DNA of 64,000 nt, taken from NCBI GenBank assembly GCA_965228775.1, contig OZ245840.1, positions 773,326 through 837,325 of the forward strand. The letters run 5' to 3'. Positions 28,095-38,609 of this stretch are shown in pieces. The notes under the pieces were generated by a model. That model did not search any database, had not been told where the DNA came from, and was given only the letters and a program-made list of their open reading frames with translations. The position numbers were made by a program, and so were the translations under genes. The DNA comes from Alphaproteobacteria bacterium (lineage in GTDB: Bacteria > Pseudomonadota > Alphaproteobacteria > JANQMY01). Each line of letters starts with the position of its first letter. Within the stretch, counting starts at the first letter, position 1.

Positions 28095-28766
28095 TTACCT
28101 CCGCCGACAGTTCCGGCTGACCGGATCGTATTGGCATTGTGAATCCATATCGATACGCGGATGAACTACAAGGGGGACCCAATCACGTTCATCAAATTCT
28201 CTTTTCAGATTAACCCTCACCAACTCCGGAAGACCGTTCTTCGCGTTCCATCGGTTGCCCCATCGGACTCCGTCAAAATACTCCAATTCGAACTTCTCAA
28301 CCTGGTCAAGCAATACTTTGCTTTCCGTCGCCGCATCGTAGCGCGGGTCGCGCCGACCATTGCGATCGACAATCCAGTCAAGCATCAACGTCCTGGCGTC
28401 TGTTCCGGACTGCTCATATCGCAAACGAAAACGGTGCAACCCTTTCAGCTGAAACTGCCGTGGCGCATCAGCCGAGAAAATCAGTTCCTGCGGCTCACCA
28501 ATAAACGGCGGCGCCCCGTCGGATTTTGATGTCTCGTGATAATAAGGATAGCTCCGGGCCACCAGATCGTACACAAGCTGCCGCACGACGCGAATTTCCT
28601 CGACCGACTCTGAAGTCGATTGAGATCTCTCCCATACCCTGGTGCCAAACTGCATCCCCCCCAAGATCATAGAGGCCATGAGAGCCACCAGTGTCATGGC
28701 CACCAAAAGCTCCATGAGGGTGAAGCCCGCCTCCTCGGGTTCTATCGTTGTCCATTCAATCTTCAC
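28095..28766 (-). CDS. gspJ: type II secretion minor pseudopilin J
   Basis: 223 aa. Prepilin leader plus GFTLMELLVAMTLVALMASM (class III signal with E+5). Size fits GspJ. Confidence 0.6.
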   Translation of the reverse strand: MKIEWTTIEPEEAGFTLMELLVAMTLVALMASMILGGMQFGTRVWERSQSTSESVEEIRVVRQLVYDLVARSYPYYHETSKSDGAPPFIGEPQELIFSADAPRQFQLKGLHRFRLRYEQSGTDARTLMLDWIVDRNGRRDPRYDAATESKVLLDQVEKFELEYFDGVRWGNRWNAKNGLPELVRVNLKREFDERDWVPLVVHPRIDMDSQCQYDPVSRNCRRR

Positions 28767-29185
28767 ATGGGGTCCCCAGAAAACTTCACCGTACTCATTT
28801 CAAATAATAACCGGCCGGAGCTTTCTTCATGTACAGACACATGGGCGCGGTAAAGACGAGTCTCTCGGTTTTTGCTCTCCTCCCCTTGTGGAATTATCTG
28901 CATCAGCTCAGGATCAAATGGGTCTATGACAACCCTCCAACCAAAACCATACGGTTCATAAACGCCAACGACTTCCTGACGCCTGAGCTCGATAGACGGC
29001 CCTACTTCTTCGAGCTTAGACTGGGCAAAATAGCCTGCGTCCAACAAAAGTTCGGAATGGGATATTTTTTTTTGCCCCAATGAAAAGCTCTGCAGGAGGA
29101 CGGTCACCGACATAGCGAGGATGGCAAACGCAACAACCACCTCCGTCAGCGAAAAGCCCGATTGCCCGTGCCTCTTATCGACCAT
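28763..29185 (-). CDS. gspI: type II secretion minor pseudopilin I
   Basis: ORF-track frame extends to 29236. Likely start MVDKRHGQSGFSLTEVVVAFAILAMSV (prepilin motif G-F-S-L-T-E), ~140 aa. Confidence 0.55.
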   Translation of the reverse strand: MVDKRHGQSGFSLTEVVVAFAILAMSVTVLLQSFSLGQKKISHSELLLDAGYFAQSKLEEVGPSIELRRQEVVGVYEPYGFGWRVVIDPFDPELMQIIPQGEESKNRETRLYRAHVSVHEESSGRLLFEMSTVKFSGDPM

Positions 29186-29639
29186 ATTCCATGACCGCTC
29201 GTCCCGTGAGCCAATCAACCAAGATCGTTTTCTCATTCCCGTTCGATTTCAGAACTATCCTGCCGTTGTAGGCACCACCATTTTCAATGAACCTTAGAGC
29301 CTTGTAGTTTGGTTGCCCCACATGACGTTCCGTATCCATTGAGAGGTTGATCCCATCCGGTACGGAATTCCAAGATTTGCCAAAATCAATACTGTAGCGT
29401 TGATCGATTTCGTCCAACCAAAACTCTTTCACCACTCCCTCCCTATGAGCTGTAAACCTCAAGTGTTTGATGTCGCCCAACAGATCTTGCGTTGCCTTGT
29501 TCAGTTGAACACCTGGAACGAATTGATTGTATGCAACTGGAATCAAGGATATCGCCAGAATCAAAATGGCCATGGAAACAAGCAGTTCCACGAGCGTGAA
29601 ACCCGCCTGAGCATCAATTCCAGCTCGTGATATCGGCAT
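29175..29639 (-). CDS. gspH: type II secretion minor pseudopilin H
   Basis: Frame extends to 29744, overlapping gspG. Probable start MPISRAGIDAQAGFTLVELLVSMAILILA (prepilin motif). Confidence 0.5.
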   Translation of the reverse strand: MPISRAGIDAQAGFTLVELLVSMAILILAISLIPVAYNQFVPGVQLNKATQDLLGDIKHLRFTAHREGVVKEFWLDEIDQRYSIDFGKSWNSVPDGINLSMDTERHVGQPNYKALRFIENGGAYNGRIVLKSNGNEKTILVDWLTGRAVMEYGR

Positions 29640-30051
29640 TCTCCCCCTCACCGCCTTCTTTCTTGTCAGGTCCCAGTGAAAAGAGATCGAACCTTCCATA
29701 CTTACCCGGATGTGAATATCGATAAGGTGTCCCCCATGGATCAATCAGGCTGGCTTCCTTACGGACATATGGGCCGTTCCATGTTTCTGCGCTGGTCGGT
29801 TTGACGACAAGGGCTGCAAGCCCTTCCTCCGTTGACGGAAGACTGCCCGTATCCAAATAATAGAGATCCAATGCGTTCACGAGGTTTTCGATTTGGATCG
29901 TCGCCGCGTCCGATTTGGCCTTGCCCAGATATCCAACGACCTGGGGCGCCACGAAACCAGCAATCAACACCAGGATCACCATCACAGCAAGAAGCTCGAC
30001 TAAGGTGTAACCGTCTTGTCCTTTCCATCTATGACTCTTCTGCTTACTCAT
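29614..30051 (-). CDS. gspG: type II secretion major pseudopilin G
   Basis: 145 aa. GYTLVELLAVMVILVLIAG prepilin N-terminus and the GspG-specific C-terminal block DPWGTPYRYSHPGKYGRFDLFSLGPDKKEGGEGENADITSWN. Confidence 0.9.
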   Translation of the reverse strand: MSKQKSHRWKGQDGYTLVELLAVMVILVLIAGFVAPQVVGYLGKAKSDAATIQIENLVNALDLYYLDTGSLPSTEEGLAALVVKPTSAETWNGPYVRKEASLIDPWGTPYRYSHPGKYGRFDLFSLGPDKKEGGEGENADITSWN

Positions 30052-30077
30052 TGCCCCCTCGTTAATTGCTCACGTAA

Positions 30078-31295
30078 TCACAATGCTAATTGGTTGATGC
30101 TGAGTATTCCGACCAACACCGCAACAATCAAACCACCGACAACAATTCCCATCCCAATAGTCAAAACCGGTACAAGCAGCGTCAACAGCCGCTCCACCGT
30201 ATTTTCCACTTCACGCTCGTAGATATCAGCAACCTGCAGAAGCATTTCGTCTAGCCGTCCTGTTTCCTCCCCCACGGCGGTCATTTGGATAAGAAGATCC
30301 GGAAAGACGTTTGTTTTTCGCAGTGCATTGAGGAACCGGCTTCCTTCCCTCACCTGCTCCCGCATATCGAGACATGCATTTCGGACGACCAAGTTGCCCG
30401 CCGTTTCACTCGACCTTTGCAATGCCACGTGGAGCGGTAGACCGTTCTGCAGAAGCATGCCAACAGTCCTTGCGAATGCTGCACTTTCGGTTTTCAAGGC
30501 CAGCCCAAAGAAGGCTTTCTTACCTAGGATCGCTCGATCGACAAGTTTGCGGGTAGGCGGATGACTGAAGCTCCTAATTGCGACGACTGCAAACACCGCC
30601 AAAGACAGCAAAACGAGCCAGCCCCATTTCTCGAAAAACGTTCCGACACCCATGACCAACTGGGTCACCAACGGCAGCTGCGATCCGGCATCGTCAAATA
30701 CTTCCTTAAACTGAGGAAGAACGTATCCGACGACCAGAACCATCGTTACGCTGATCATAATCAAGAGGAATATAGGATAAATCAGAGCAGACGTAATCCG
30801 TGTACGAATTGCTTCAGTTTTCTTAAGATGCAACGATAGCCGCTCAAGCACTTCACTCAATGTTCCGCTCGCTTCGGCTGCACTTACCAGACTGGTGTAG
30901 TAGCGGGGAAAATCTGAGGAAGTCTTTTCTAATGCCCGAGCAAACGATGTGCCGTTTCGCAAGAGGTCTAGCATACGCTCGATTGACGTTCGCACCCCCT
31001 TACGGTCCGAATTGCTGCTAATGATCCGCAACGCCCGCTCCAGTGTAAGGCCGCTTCCAATCAAATTTGAGAGATCTCGTGTAATAGCGGTCAGCTCCGT
31101 AGTCGAGATATCACTTTGCCGGAACAAACCACCCAGCCCGGCAGGAGTACCGCCCTCAGGCATAAGATCTATTTGCAATGGGGTGTGACCTTGCCCCAAC
31201 AGCCAGTCCACAACAGCCGCTTCCGTGGCGGCATTTGTGTTGCCCGAAATGGTTTCCCCAGAAGACGTGAGAGCAGAGTATGAAAATCTCGCCAT
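30078..31295 (-). CDS. gspF: type II secretion inner-membrane platform protein F
   Basis: 405 aa. Two GspF-type repeats, each with a cytoplasmic domain followed by TM helices. Conserved LAL/GLPL motifs. Confidence 0.85.
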   Translation of the reverse strand: MARFSYSALTSSGETISGNTNAATEAAVVDWLLGQGHTPLQIDLMPEGGTPAGLGGLFRQSDISTTELTAITRDLSNLIGSGLTLERALRIISSNSDRKGVRTSIERMLDLLRNGTSFARALEKTSSDFPRYYTSLVSAAEASGTLSEVLERLSLHLKKTEAIRTRITSALIYPIFLLIMISVTMVLVVGYVLPQFKEVFDDAGSQLPLVTQLVMGVGTFFEKWGWLVLLSLAVFAVVAIRSFSHPPTRKLVDRAILGKKAFFGLALKTESAAFARTVGMLLQNGLPLHVALQRSSETAGNLVVRNACLDMREQVREGSRFLNALRKTNVFPDLLIQMTAVGEETGRLDEMLLQVADIYEREVENTVERLLTLLVPVLTIGMGIVVGGLIVAVLVGILSINQLAL

Positions 31296-31296
31296 C

Positions 31297-32982
31297 TTAG
31301 ATGTCTCGCGTCACCCGAAAGACTTCTTCAATAGTCGTTTCACCCCGAAGCGCCTTTATGAGGCCATCCTCAAATATCGGTCTCATGCCATCTTTGATAG
31401 CTTGACCTTTGAGTTCCGTCTGTCCTGCACGTTTTAATACGAGCGCACGAAACTCGTCGGTTGTCTTTAGGATCTCAAAAATCGCAATGCGTCCGCGATA
31501 ACCGGTACCGTGACATTCAGAACATCCTTTAGATGCAAAAAGCTGTATGCGCTTCTTCCCCGAGCGTTCGTGCAAGTTAAGGCGACGGACCAGTTCTGGG
31601 GGGGCATCATAGGCCGTTCGGCAGTTGGGACACAACTTGCGGACAAGCCTTTGGGACAAAAGACCAACAACAGCTGAAGTAATAAGGTAATCATCAACGC
31701 CCATATCCATCAGCCGGATAACGCCACCGATTGCATCATTCGTATGTAACGTCGACAGCACCAGATGACCGGTTAGAGCTGCTTGGATACTGATGTCGGC
31801 GGTTTCCCTATCACGGATTTCCCCAACCATCATGACATCCGGATCTTGCCGCAGGAACGACCGCAACCCATTGGCAAAGGTTCGACCTATATCCGGATTA
31901 ACCTGCGACTGATTAACCCCGCCGAGAACGTATTCAATGGGGTCTTCAATTGTGAGGATCTTGCGTGCGCTGGTATTCAGTTTGGTAAGCGCGGTATAAA
32001 GCGTGGTTGTCTTCCCGCTGCCGGTAGGACCGGTAACAAGAAGGACACCATGCGGATGACTGATTAGCTCTTCAATATTTTCTTGTGCCTTATCGTCAAA
32101 ACCAAGTGAGTGGAAATCAAGCTCAAGCGAACCGCGATCCAAAATACGTAGAACGACGCTCTCGCCGTGACTCGTCGGCACGGTCGAGACCCGAAGGTCT
32201 ATCGGTTTACCGCGTATTACGACCTTAATCCGGCCGTCTTGTGGTAGACGTCTTTCAGCAATGTCGAGGTTTGCCATTATTTTTGCACGCGAAACTATCG
32301 CAGCCGCCGCCGCCAAAGGCGGGCTTTCAATTTCACTCAACACGCCATCGATGCGAAGCCGTATACGCAATCGCCGCTCCAACGGTTCTATGTGGATATC
32401 CGACGCGCCGGCATCAACAGCGCGGGCGATTACTGCGTTTACAAGCCGGACAATGGGCGCTTCGCTCGCAAGATCTCTTAGTCGGCTCGCCTCATCGGAA
32501 ACATCAATTTCCTCATCAGCATCACCCGTCAAATCCTCTCCCGGCCGCGGAAGGTCATAAAGCCGATAGACTGCTTCCTCAATTTCACTTCTCGTCCCAA
32601 CTGTTGGAGTGACGGGCCTAGAGAGCGCAAATGAAACGCCCTCTATCGCGGACTCATCTCGTGGATTCGACAGCGCGACTGCGACATAATCATCTTCTAT
32701 CGCCAATGGAAGCACGCGAGATTGCAGCAAGTACTTTGCGCTAAAAACGTCGGCCCCCACCCCTTCATCCGGGTAGTCGTCCGGACCTGACCTGACTAAA
32801 CCAAGCGCTTCGCAGTAAATCTCGGCGAGATCGTTTTCCGTCATCGCTCCCAGTTGCACAAGTATCTGTTCGACGGCTTCTCCAGTCTCAAGAGACAAGG
32901 ACGTTGCCCTTTCGAAGTCTGACTCCTCGACACTAGGGATTTGTGCGATTGCATCTAGGACGACGTCGCTTTCTTGTTCCAA
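31297..32982 (-). CDS. gspE: type II secretion ATPase E
   Basis: 561 aa. GspE N1 domain, Walker A GPTGSGKTT, Asp/His boxes, and the C-terminal tetracysteine CPNC...CSEC motif typical of GspE (versus PilB). Confidence 0.9.
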   Translation of the reverse strand: MEQESDVVLDAIAQIPSVEESDFERATSLSLETGEAVEQILVQLGAMTENDLAEIYCEALGLVRSGPDDYPDEGVGADVFSAKYLLQSRVLPLAIEDDYVAVALSNPRDESAIEGVSFALSRPVTPTVGTRSEIEEAVYRLYDLPRPGEDLTGDADEEIDVSDEASRLRDLASEAPIVRLVNAVIARAVDAGASDIHIEPLERRLRIRLRIDGVLSEIESPPLAAAAAIVSRAKIMANLDIAERRLPQDGRIKVVIRGKPIDLRVSTVPTSHGESVVLRILDRGSLELDFHSLGFDDKAQENIEELISHPHGVLLVTGPTGSGKTTTLYTALTKLNTSARKILTIEDPIEYVLGGVNQSQVNPDIGRTFANGLRSFLRQDPDVMMVGEIRDRETADISIQAALTGHLVLSTLHTNDAIGGVIRLMDMGVDDYLITSAVVGLLSQRLVRKLCPNCRTAYDAPPELVRRLNLHERSGKKRIQLFASKGCSECHGTGYRGRIAIFEILKTTDEFRALVLKRAGQTELKGQAIKDGMRPIFEDGLIKALRGETTIEEVFRVTRDI

Positions 32983-33826
32983 GGAACACCCCCAAAACGA
33001 CGCAAAGTAACAAAGCGTTCAGTTAACTATAAGTTTAACGCCATTCTGTTTTTAATTCATGCGCGAGTCAACCGTAAGTTATAGGGCTTTTGGGGATATC
33101 GTTTTTGAAGCTTGTTGTAGTGCGCCGAGAATACACAGTGTTCGTATAAGGTTATGCAGGAACAATAAATCTTTTCTCACACCTACCTGAAGACCATATG
33201 TCACAAACAATTCGTAAAAAGGAATTTGGTTGACAACAACCCGCAATGCTTCGGCGCTACATATGTGGGAAACTTGCACACCACACAAAGATGAGTCAAT
33301 AGATTTTGCATCAAAAACGTCTATCAAAGGCAGGACGCAGAGATTGAGAACAACCACGCGCCAAATTACTTCGTATACGGAAATATAACGCCATTTATGG
33401 AACAGAAGTCATTCAATCGGAAGAGATTCCTGATCCGAAAAATTGTGAACCGCAGCCGCGTGGTAATCACTTGACTCTCGCTTAAAGAGTGTGCGTCAAT
33501 CAGCAATTAGTTGTTCCAGGTTTAGTTGAGTTTGGAACGTTCTAAGTGGGGGTATTAAGTGGCCATCGAGAGGTCTGCCGAATCCGATCTTTCCGTAATC
33601 TCTTTCCCTTTTTGCCAAGTCGTACCGAGCTAGATAATCCCGCCGCATAAGTGCATCGGCCTGCCTGGCAAGGTAATCGGCGTCAAGACGAACTGTGTCG
33701 CTGTTCACGTCGTCTTTTGTATGTTGCGTTTGAAATAGTGCTTTTACACACACCGAGTCGCGTGCAAAAAGCTGGCGTGGTTGGGCGAGTGGTTGAGAAA
33801 AAGTGAAGCTCGTCCGAGGGGGAATT

Positions 33827-35944
33827 ATGGGTCCGGCGATTGCCCGAACATTTTGTATTTTCGTAATTCTACTCTTGGCTGCTTGCGGAACAAAACAACA
33901 AGACACGAAATCATCGAGCACTGAGGCTTCGCAGCAAACCGACCTCGTGAGCATGCCACCAGCGGAAAAGAATGCGATTTCGTTTGGACCGGATATCGAC
34001 TCCAAGACAGAGATTGAGAACGAGGCCCTCGCCCGTAAAATTAGAAACGATGATGTGGTATTGGGGACTGGTCAGTTCTTCTCTGGCCTAAAAGGTAAAC
34101 CTGTTTCCGAAGTCATAGATGCCGGCGACGGCATAACTCTGAACTTTGTTGACGCCGAAATCAAAGACGTCATGCGTGCGGTTCTGGGCGAAACGCTCAA
34201 CATGAACTACGTACTGGATCCCGAGGTTCGTGGCAGGGTTACGCTCAAGTCAAACAATCCGATCCCTAAGGAAGCAGTTCTTTTTGCGGTGGAGGGCGCC
34301 CTTCAGCTCAATGAAGTTGCGCTGGTAGAGGACAACGGGGTGTTTCAGGTAATGCCCATGCAAAAGGCCCGGTCCCGCATGACGTCGCTCAAACCCTACA
34401 TTCCACCACGGGGCAAGTCTGAAGGATACAGCGTGCGTGTTGTGCCTCTACAATTCACAACAGCACAAGCGATGGAGGAGGTACTTAGGCCGCTCGCGCC
34501 CCAAAACGGCATTTTGCGCGTCGATCATGACCGGAACCTTTTCCTCATTGCAGGCACGCAGTCAGAACTCGACGCCATGCTCGATACCATTGACGTTTTT
34601 GATGTTGACTGGCTTTCAAGCATGTCGTTCGCAATTCTAAGACCTGACAATGTCGATGCTAAGACGCTAGCAAATGAACTTGGTTTCGTTTTCGAGGATC
34701 GTGAAAGTCCAATCTCGGGACTTGTAAAGTTGATCCCAATTCCCCGCATCAACTCGATCCTAGTAATGTCTAAACAGCCCTACTACATCTCACAGATACA
34801 AGAATGGGCAATACGTTTAGATCGTAGCGCTGATTTGCAGAAAAGAAGGATATATATTTATCGTGTTCAGCACTCGCGCGCTGAAGACCTTGCTGGGTCT
34901 CTGGGCGATCTACTTGGAGCGGGAGGAGAAGGCTTCTTTGCCAGCGGTTCCGTAACGCAAACAATATCCGCGACGACACCCGGAAGCTCTACGATCGACG
35001 CAACGAGGCCTGCAACTGTCCCCACCGCAGGCCGAAACAGCGCTGCACCAGATGGCGGTCTCAGGATTGTCGCGGACGACAAAAACAATGCGTTGATGAT
35101 ATTGGCAACACCGCACGAATATAAACTCATTGAGACTGTATTAGATCAGCTAGACGTGGCGCCGGATCAGGTTTTGATTGAGGCTTCAATTGCCGAGGTC
35201 GCGCTAAATGACGACCTCGCTTACGGCGTCCAATGGTTCTTTCAAAAGAATGACAGCACGTTCACATTCAGTGACGCCGCTTCCGGCGCAATCGCTTCAG
35301 CTTTCCCAGGGTTTTCATATACCTATCTTCTGGACGATCGCGAGATCGTGTTGAATGCACTCGCATCTGTCACAGACGTTCAAATACTGTCTTCGCCAAA
35401 GCTAATGGTTGTTAACAATCAGACAGCCAGCCTCCAGGTGGGGGATCAAGTGCCCATAGCCACTCAATCGGCTGTCAGCATCTCCGATCCTGACGCCCCA
35501 ATCGTGAATAATATCGAGTTTCGCGATACGGGCGTCATACTGGAAGTAACGCCGCGCATTAACAAAAGCGGAACTGTACTATTGGATGTGTCTCAGGAGG
35601 TAAGCGACGTTGCTGATACTGTAACGTCTGGTATCGACTCGCCAACAATTCAACAACGAAAGATCTCGAGTACTGTAGTCGTTCAAGACGGAGAGACTGT
35701 CGCACTTGGCGGGCTGATACGGGATACGGAATCTGTCTCTGAAAGCGGTGTCCCGCTGCTGAAAGACATTCCGGCTGTTGGAGAGCTTTTTAAATCAAAC
35801 GACAACAGCAGCCGGCGCACCGAACTTTTGATTTTCATAACTCCGAGAATAGCAAGCAATGTGGAGGAAACCCGCGCCATCACCGACTATCTCCGAAATG
35901 AGCTGTATAAGGTCGATGAACTTGCGCGCGGAAGAAAAAACTGA
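33827..35944 (+). CDS. gspD: type II secretion secretin D (lipoprotein-type signal)
   Basis: ORF-track frame from 33803. MGPAIARTFCIFVILLLAACG lipobox. N0-N3 domains. C-terminal secretin core (VVVQDGETVALGGLIRDTESVSESGVPLLKDIPAVGELFK...LLIFITPRI). Confidence 0.85.
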   Translation: MGPAIARTFCIFVILLLAACGTKQQDTKSSSTEASQQTDLVSMPPAEKNAISFGPDIDSKTEIENEALARKIRNDDVVLGTGQFFSGLKGKPVSEVIDAGDGITLNFVDAEIKDVMRAVLGETLNMNYVLDPEVRGRVTLKSNNPIPKEAVLFAVEGALQLNEVALVEDNGVFQVMPMQKARSRMTSLKPYIPPRGKSEGYSVRVVPLQFTTAQAMEEVLRPLAPQNGILRVDHDRNLFLIAGTQSELDAMLDTIDVFDVDWLSSMSFAILRPDNVDAKTLANELGFVFEDRESPISGLVKLIPIPRINSILVMSKQPYYISQIQEWAIRLDRSADLQKRRIYIYRVQHSRAEDLAGSLGDLLGAGGEGFFASGSVTQTISATTPGSSTIDATRPATVPTAGRNSAAPDGGLRIVADDKNNALMILATPHEYKLIETVLDQLDVAPDQVLIEASIAEVALNDDLAYGVQWFFQKNDSTFTFSDAASGAIASAFPGFSYTYLLDDREIVLNALASVTDVQILSSPKLMVVNNQTASLQVGDQVPIATQSAVSISDPDAPIVNNIEFRDTGVILEVTPRINKSGTVLLDVSQEVSDVADTVTSGIDSPTIQQRKISSTVVVQDGETVALGGLIRDTESVSESGVPLLKDIPAVGELFKSNDNSSRRTELLIFITPRIASNVEETRAITDYLRNELYKVDELARGRKN

Positions 35945-36812
35945 GGCAAAAGAGTCGGCGTCATCCCGCAATGCGGGGTTCGCGCTTGCAAGTGTTCTAT
36001 GGTCCGTTCTTCTCTTGGCCTTGCTAGCGGCAACCGTTGGTTCCGTTGCAAATACGGAACGAACGCTCACGACAAGACATCTCGATTTCTTGAACGACAG
36101 AGCCGCAGCAGAGGCTGGGCTTGCGATTGCTGTCGCGCGGCTGACAAACGCGACGCAGGAGCGTTCCGTCGGCATGAAAGCATTCGATGAGTCGTTGCTT
36201 TACAACGGCCGGACAATAGATGTTTCATTTCGGGATGAGCATGGCAAAGTCGATCTGAACACAGCTGACGCTAGCATTTTGGATAGCCTATTTCTGATGG
36301 CCGGCTTGGATCAAGAAGAGGCTAGCGATTTTAAGGATAGGCTTCTGGACTGGCGTGATCGAAATGAGCTTACCCATTTAAACGGGGCAGAAGCATCTGA
36401 ATATGCGTCCGTTGGCCGGCACTATGCACCTCGCAATGCCCCGTTTGAGACAACAGATGAAATATCCCAAATACTCGGTGTCAACGATGCGCTGATGGCC
36501 TGTCTTGCCCCGTCTTTAACGGTTCACTCAGGACGAAAAACAGCCAATGCTCTGACTGCGACAGCTTTAACGCGGCATGCACTTCAATCGCTTCAGCAAC
36601 AGCTAGATGGAAACGATAGCCGACCAGCGGCGAGTGCTCAGAAAAATACAGTTAGCCGCGTTTTCGAGATATCGGTAGAAGCCGGCTTCGCGCGGGCGAC
36701 AACGATCATAAAAGTAACGGGCAACAAAGAAACACCATATTGGCTAATGAGTGCCCGCCCATTCATACACTCGGAAAAATGTCCAAAGACCAGCAATCAC
36801 AGATCTCCTTAG
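35916..36812 (+). CDS. gspK: type II secretion minor pseudopilin K (start uncertain)
   Basis: N-terminal NAGFALASVLWSVLLLALLAA (GspK-type pseudopilin without E+5). Internal DLNTADASILDSLF...DWRD helix-hairpin-helix-like segments as in GspK. Overlaps the gspD 3' end. Confidence 0.55.
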   Translation: MNLRAEEKTEAKESASSRNAGFALASVLWSVLLLALLAATVGSVANTERTLTTRHLDFLNDRAAAEAGLAIAVARLTNATQERSVGMKAFDESLLYNGRTIDVSFRDEHGKVDLNTADASILDSLFLMAGLDQEEASDFKDRLLDWRDRNELTHLNGAEASEYASVGRHYAPRNAPFETTDEISQILGVNDALMACLAPSLTVHSGRKTANALTATALTRHALQSLQQQLDGNDSRPAASAQKNTVSRVFEISVEAGFARATTIIKVTGNKETPYWLMSARPFIHSEKCPKTSNHRSP

Positions 36813-36857
36813 TCACGATCCGCAGATCCACCTCTTCGCAGGACTAGAATACTGGAG

Positions 36858-37598
36858 ATGATCTTAGCAGTATCTGCTCTGTTAGCGGCGCCTTTTGTGG
36901 GAAGTTTTCTCTCTCTGCTCGTCCACCGCATTCCGCAATCTGCTCAATGGGTCTTCGGTCGCTCACATTGCCCGCAGTGTGGCCAGTCACTTCGCCCCTT
37001 TGATCTCGTGCCACTTGTTTCATTCGCTGCAATGCGCGGCAAATGCAGATACTGCGGCCAGTCCATTCCCATGATGTACTTGATTATAGAACTTTTGGCG
37101 GTTGCTGTTTGCCTGTGGGCAATCGCACAGGTACCGACACATCTTGTATGGCCAACATGTATTCTTGGTTGGACTTTGCTTGTATTGTCGGCAATTGATT
37201 TTCAACATCGAATATTGCCTGATGGCCTCAATATATTCCTTGCGTTAACGGGCGTCGCAACATGCGTTCTGTATTACAGCGATCAACTGCTCGTTCAGTC
37301 TGCCGGTGCACTATTGGGGTTCGCAATTTTCTTCGCCATCGGAGAGATTTACCAACGAGTCCGCGGTCGGCCGGGACTGGGTATGGGAGACGCGAAACTC
37401 ATGGCTGCCGGGGGGTTTTGGATTGGAGCACCCGGCATCCTCACCGCACTGCTTATCGCATCATTATCGGCGCTTACGTTCGTTGCACTAGCCAACGCGG
37501 CATGTAAACAACCGCTACAGCGACACAGCAAGATCCCCTTTGGGCCATTTTTATCTTTGGGTATCTGGACCGGTTGGATGTTAGGCCCCATCCTATGA
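36858..37598 (+). CDS. gspO: prepilin peptidase (A24 family)
   Basis: 246 aa. N-terminal CPQCG...CRYCG zinc-binding tetracysteine and conserved polytopic core with catalytic Asp residues (DGL, GMGDAKL). Confidence 0.85.
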   Translation: MILAVSALLAAPFVGSFLSLLVHRIPQSAQWVFGRSHCPQCGQSLRPFDLVPLVSFAAMRGKCRYCGQSIPMMYLIIELLAVAVCLWAIAQVPTHLVWPTCILGWTLLVLSAIDFQHRILPDGLNIFLALTGVATCVLYYSDQLLVQSAGALLGFAIFFAIGEIYQRVRGRPGLGMGDAKLMAAGGFWIGAPGILTALLIASLSALTFVALANAACKQPLQRHSKIPFGPFLSLGIWTGWMLGPIL

Positions 37599-37710
37599 AC
37601 AGCTTTCACTTACCAATAACAGCTGACTTTCGCCCCATTCTACGCGCAATATTTTTCCGCCGGGTACGAAGGATCGCGTCAGAGATTAACTGCATATTCA
37701 GCGCGACAGT

Positions 37711-37992
37711 TCAGCAACCTGCTATCGAGTTAGCCCTCGTTCGTAAGTTGGCTCTGGTACGATTTTGAAGAGTTGCCGATTGCACCCCCAATTTATGATA
37801 GAGTTTTCGGACATCATCAACAATATGGGCTGATTTCCTAAGCACCTCAGGTACATTTTTTCCAATAGCGCTTTGAGGCCGTCGCTCATTGTAGTCTCTA
37901 CGCCATGCCTCCAACTTTTCTGCCGGCCAAGCCCTAGAGTTTTCGCTTGACCTCTTCCTGGAACATCGCTTAATCGAGCAACAAATCGGCAA
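37711..37992 (-). pseudogene. IS3-family transposase C-terminal fragment
   Basis: Contains LEAWRRDYNERRPQSAIGKNVP, the conserved C-terminal tail of IS3 OrfB/rve integrase-domain transposases. No intact catalytic domain or inverted repeats seen. Confidence 0.5.
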
Positions 37993-38609
37993 AAATACTT
38001 TTAAGCCGACTGCTCTCTTTCTTCAGCTCGCGAAACCTCTTCGTTCCTCAAAGCACCATGCCCAAGTACTCTTTCCTCAAGTTGACGTGGTCGCTTGGCT
38101 GATCCCAGATTGCGGACAGACCTCCGCCACCGACGTGCCCTCTCACCTTGCTTCGCTATTCCATTCTTTCCCTCAGCCAGGAGACGCCCAGGGAAATTCT
38201 TACTCGTTTCGAGGTATTTAGCGGAAGTATATCAAAGAATGATCACGCACGCAGTTGTCAATACTCGACCTTCTATGCTCCTACGGGTCCTTCTGAGATC
38301 GCGATGTTATACGGGTGCTTTGCGCATGACACTTCGCTAGTTGAGATCAAAAGTTTTTCGTACACAGTTCTTGCATGCGCGGACATGCGCGCGGCATGTT
38401 TGTTATTCCGCAAACCATTCTGCCGCCTGCTCTTTTTCAAGCTGGACATGTTGGACATTTCTTTTCTCTTTTGAAGAAAGAGGAAAAGGAGTTATAGAGA
38501 ACGCGTGAATTTGAACCGTTTTCCGATCCGTTGCTACGCCGTTGCTAGCCAGCTTTGGGGCTCGGAATAGAGGTTCAACTTCAACGACTTAAAGCGAGAA
38601 GACCACTGC

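Noticed and set aside
33496-34005. 169-aa minus-strand ORF overlapping the gspD start.
   Set aside because: It overlaps the secretin signal-peptide region and the AT-rich promoter tract. No motifs. The likely gspD lipoprotein start at 33827 explains the region.
38095-38474. ORFs 38095-38340 and 38148-38474 next to the IS3 remnant.
   Set aside because: Overlapping frames, no motifs, AT-rich. Probably decayed IS or island-edge sequence rather than genes.
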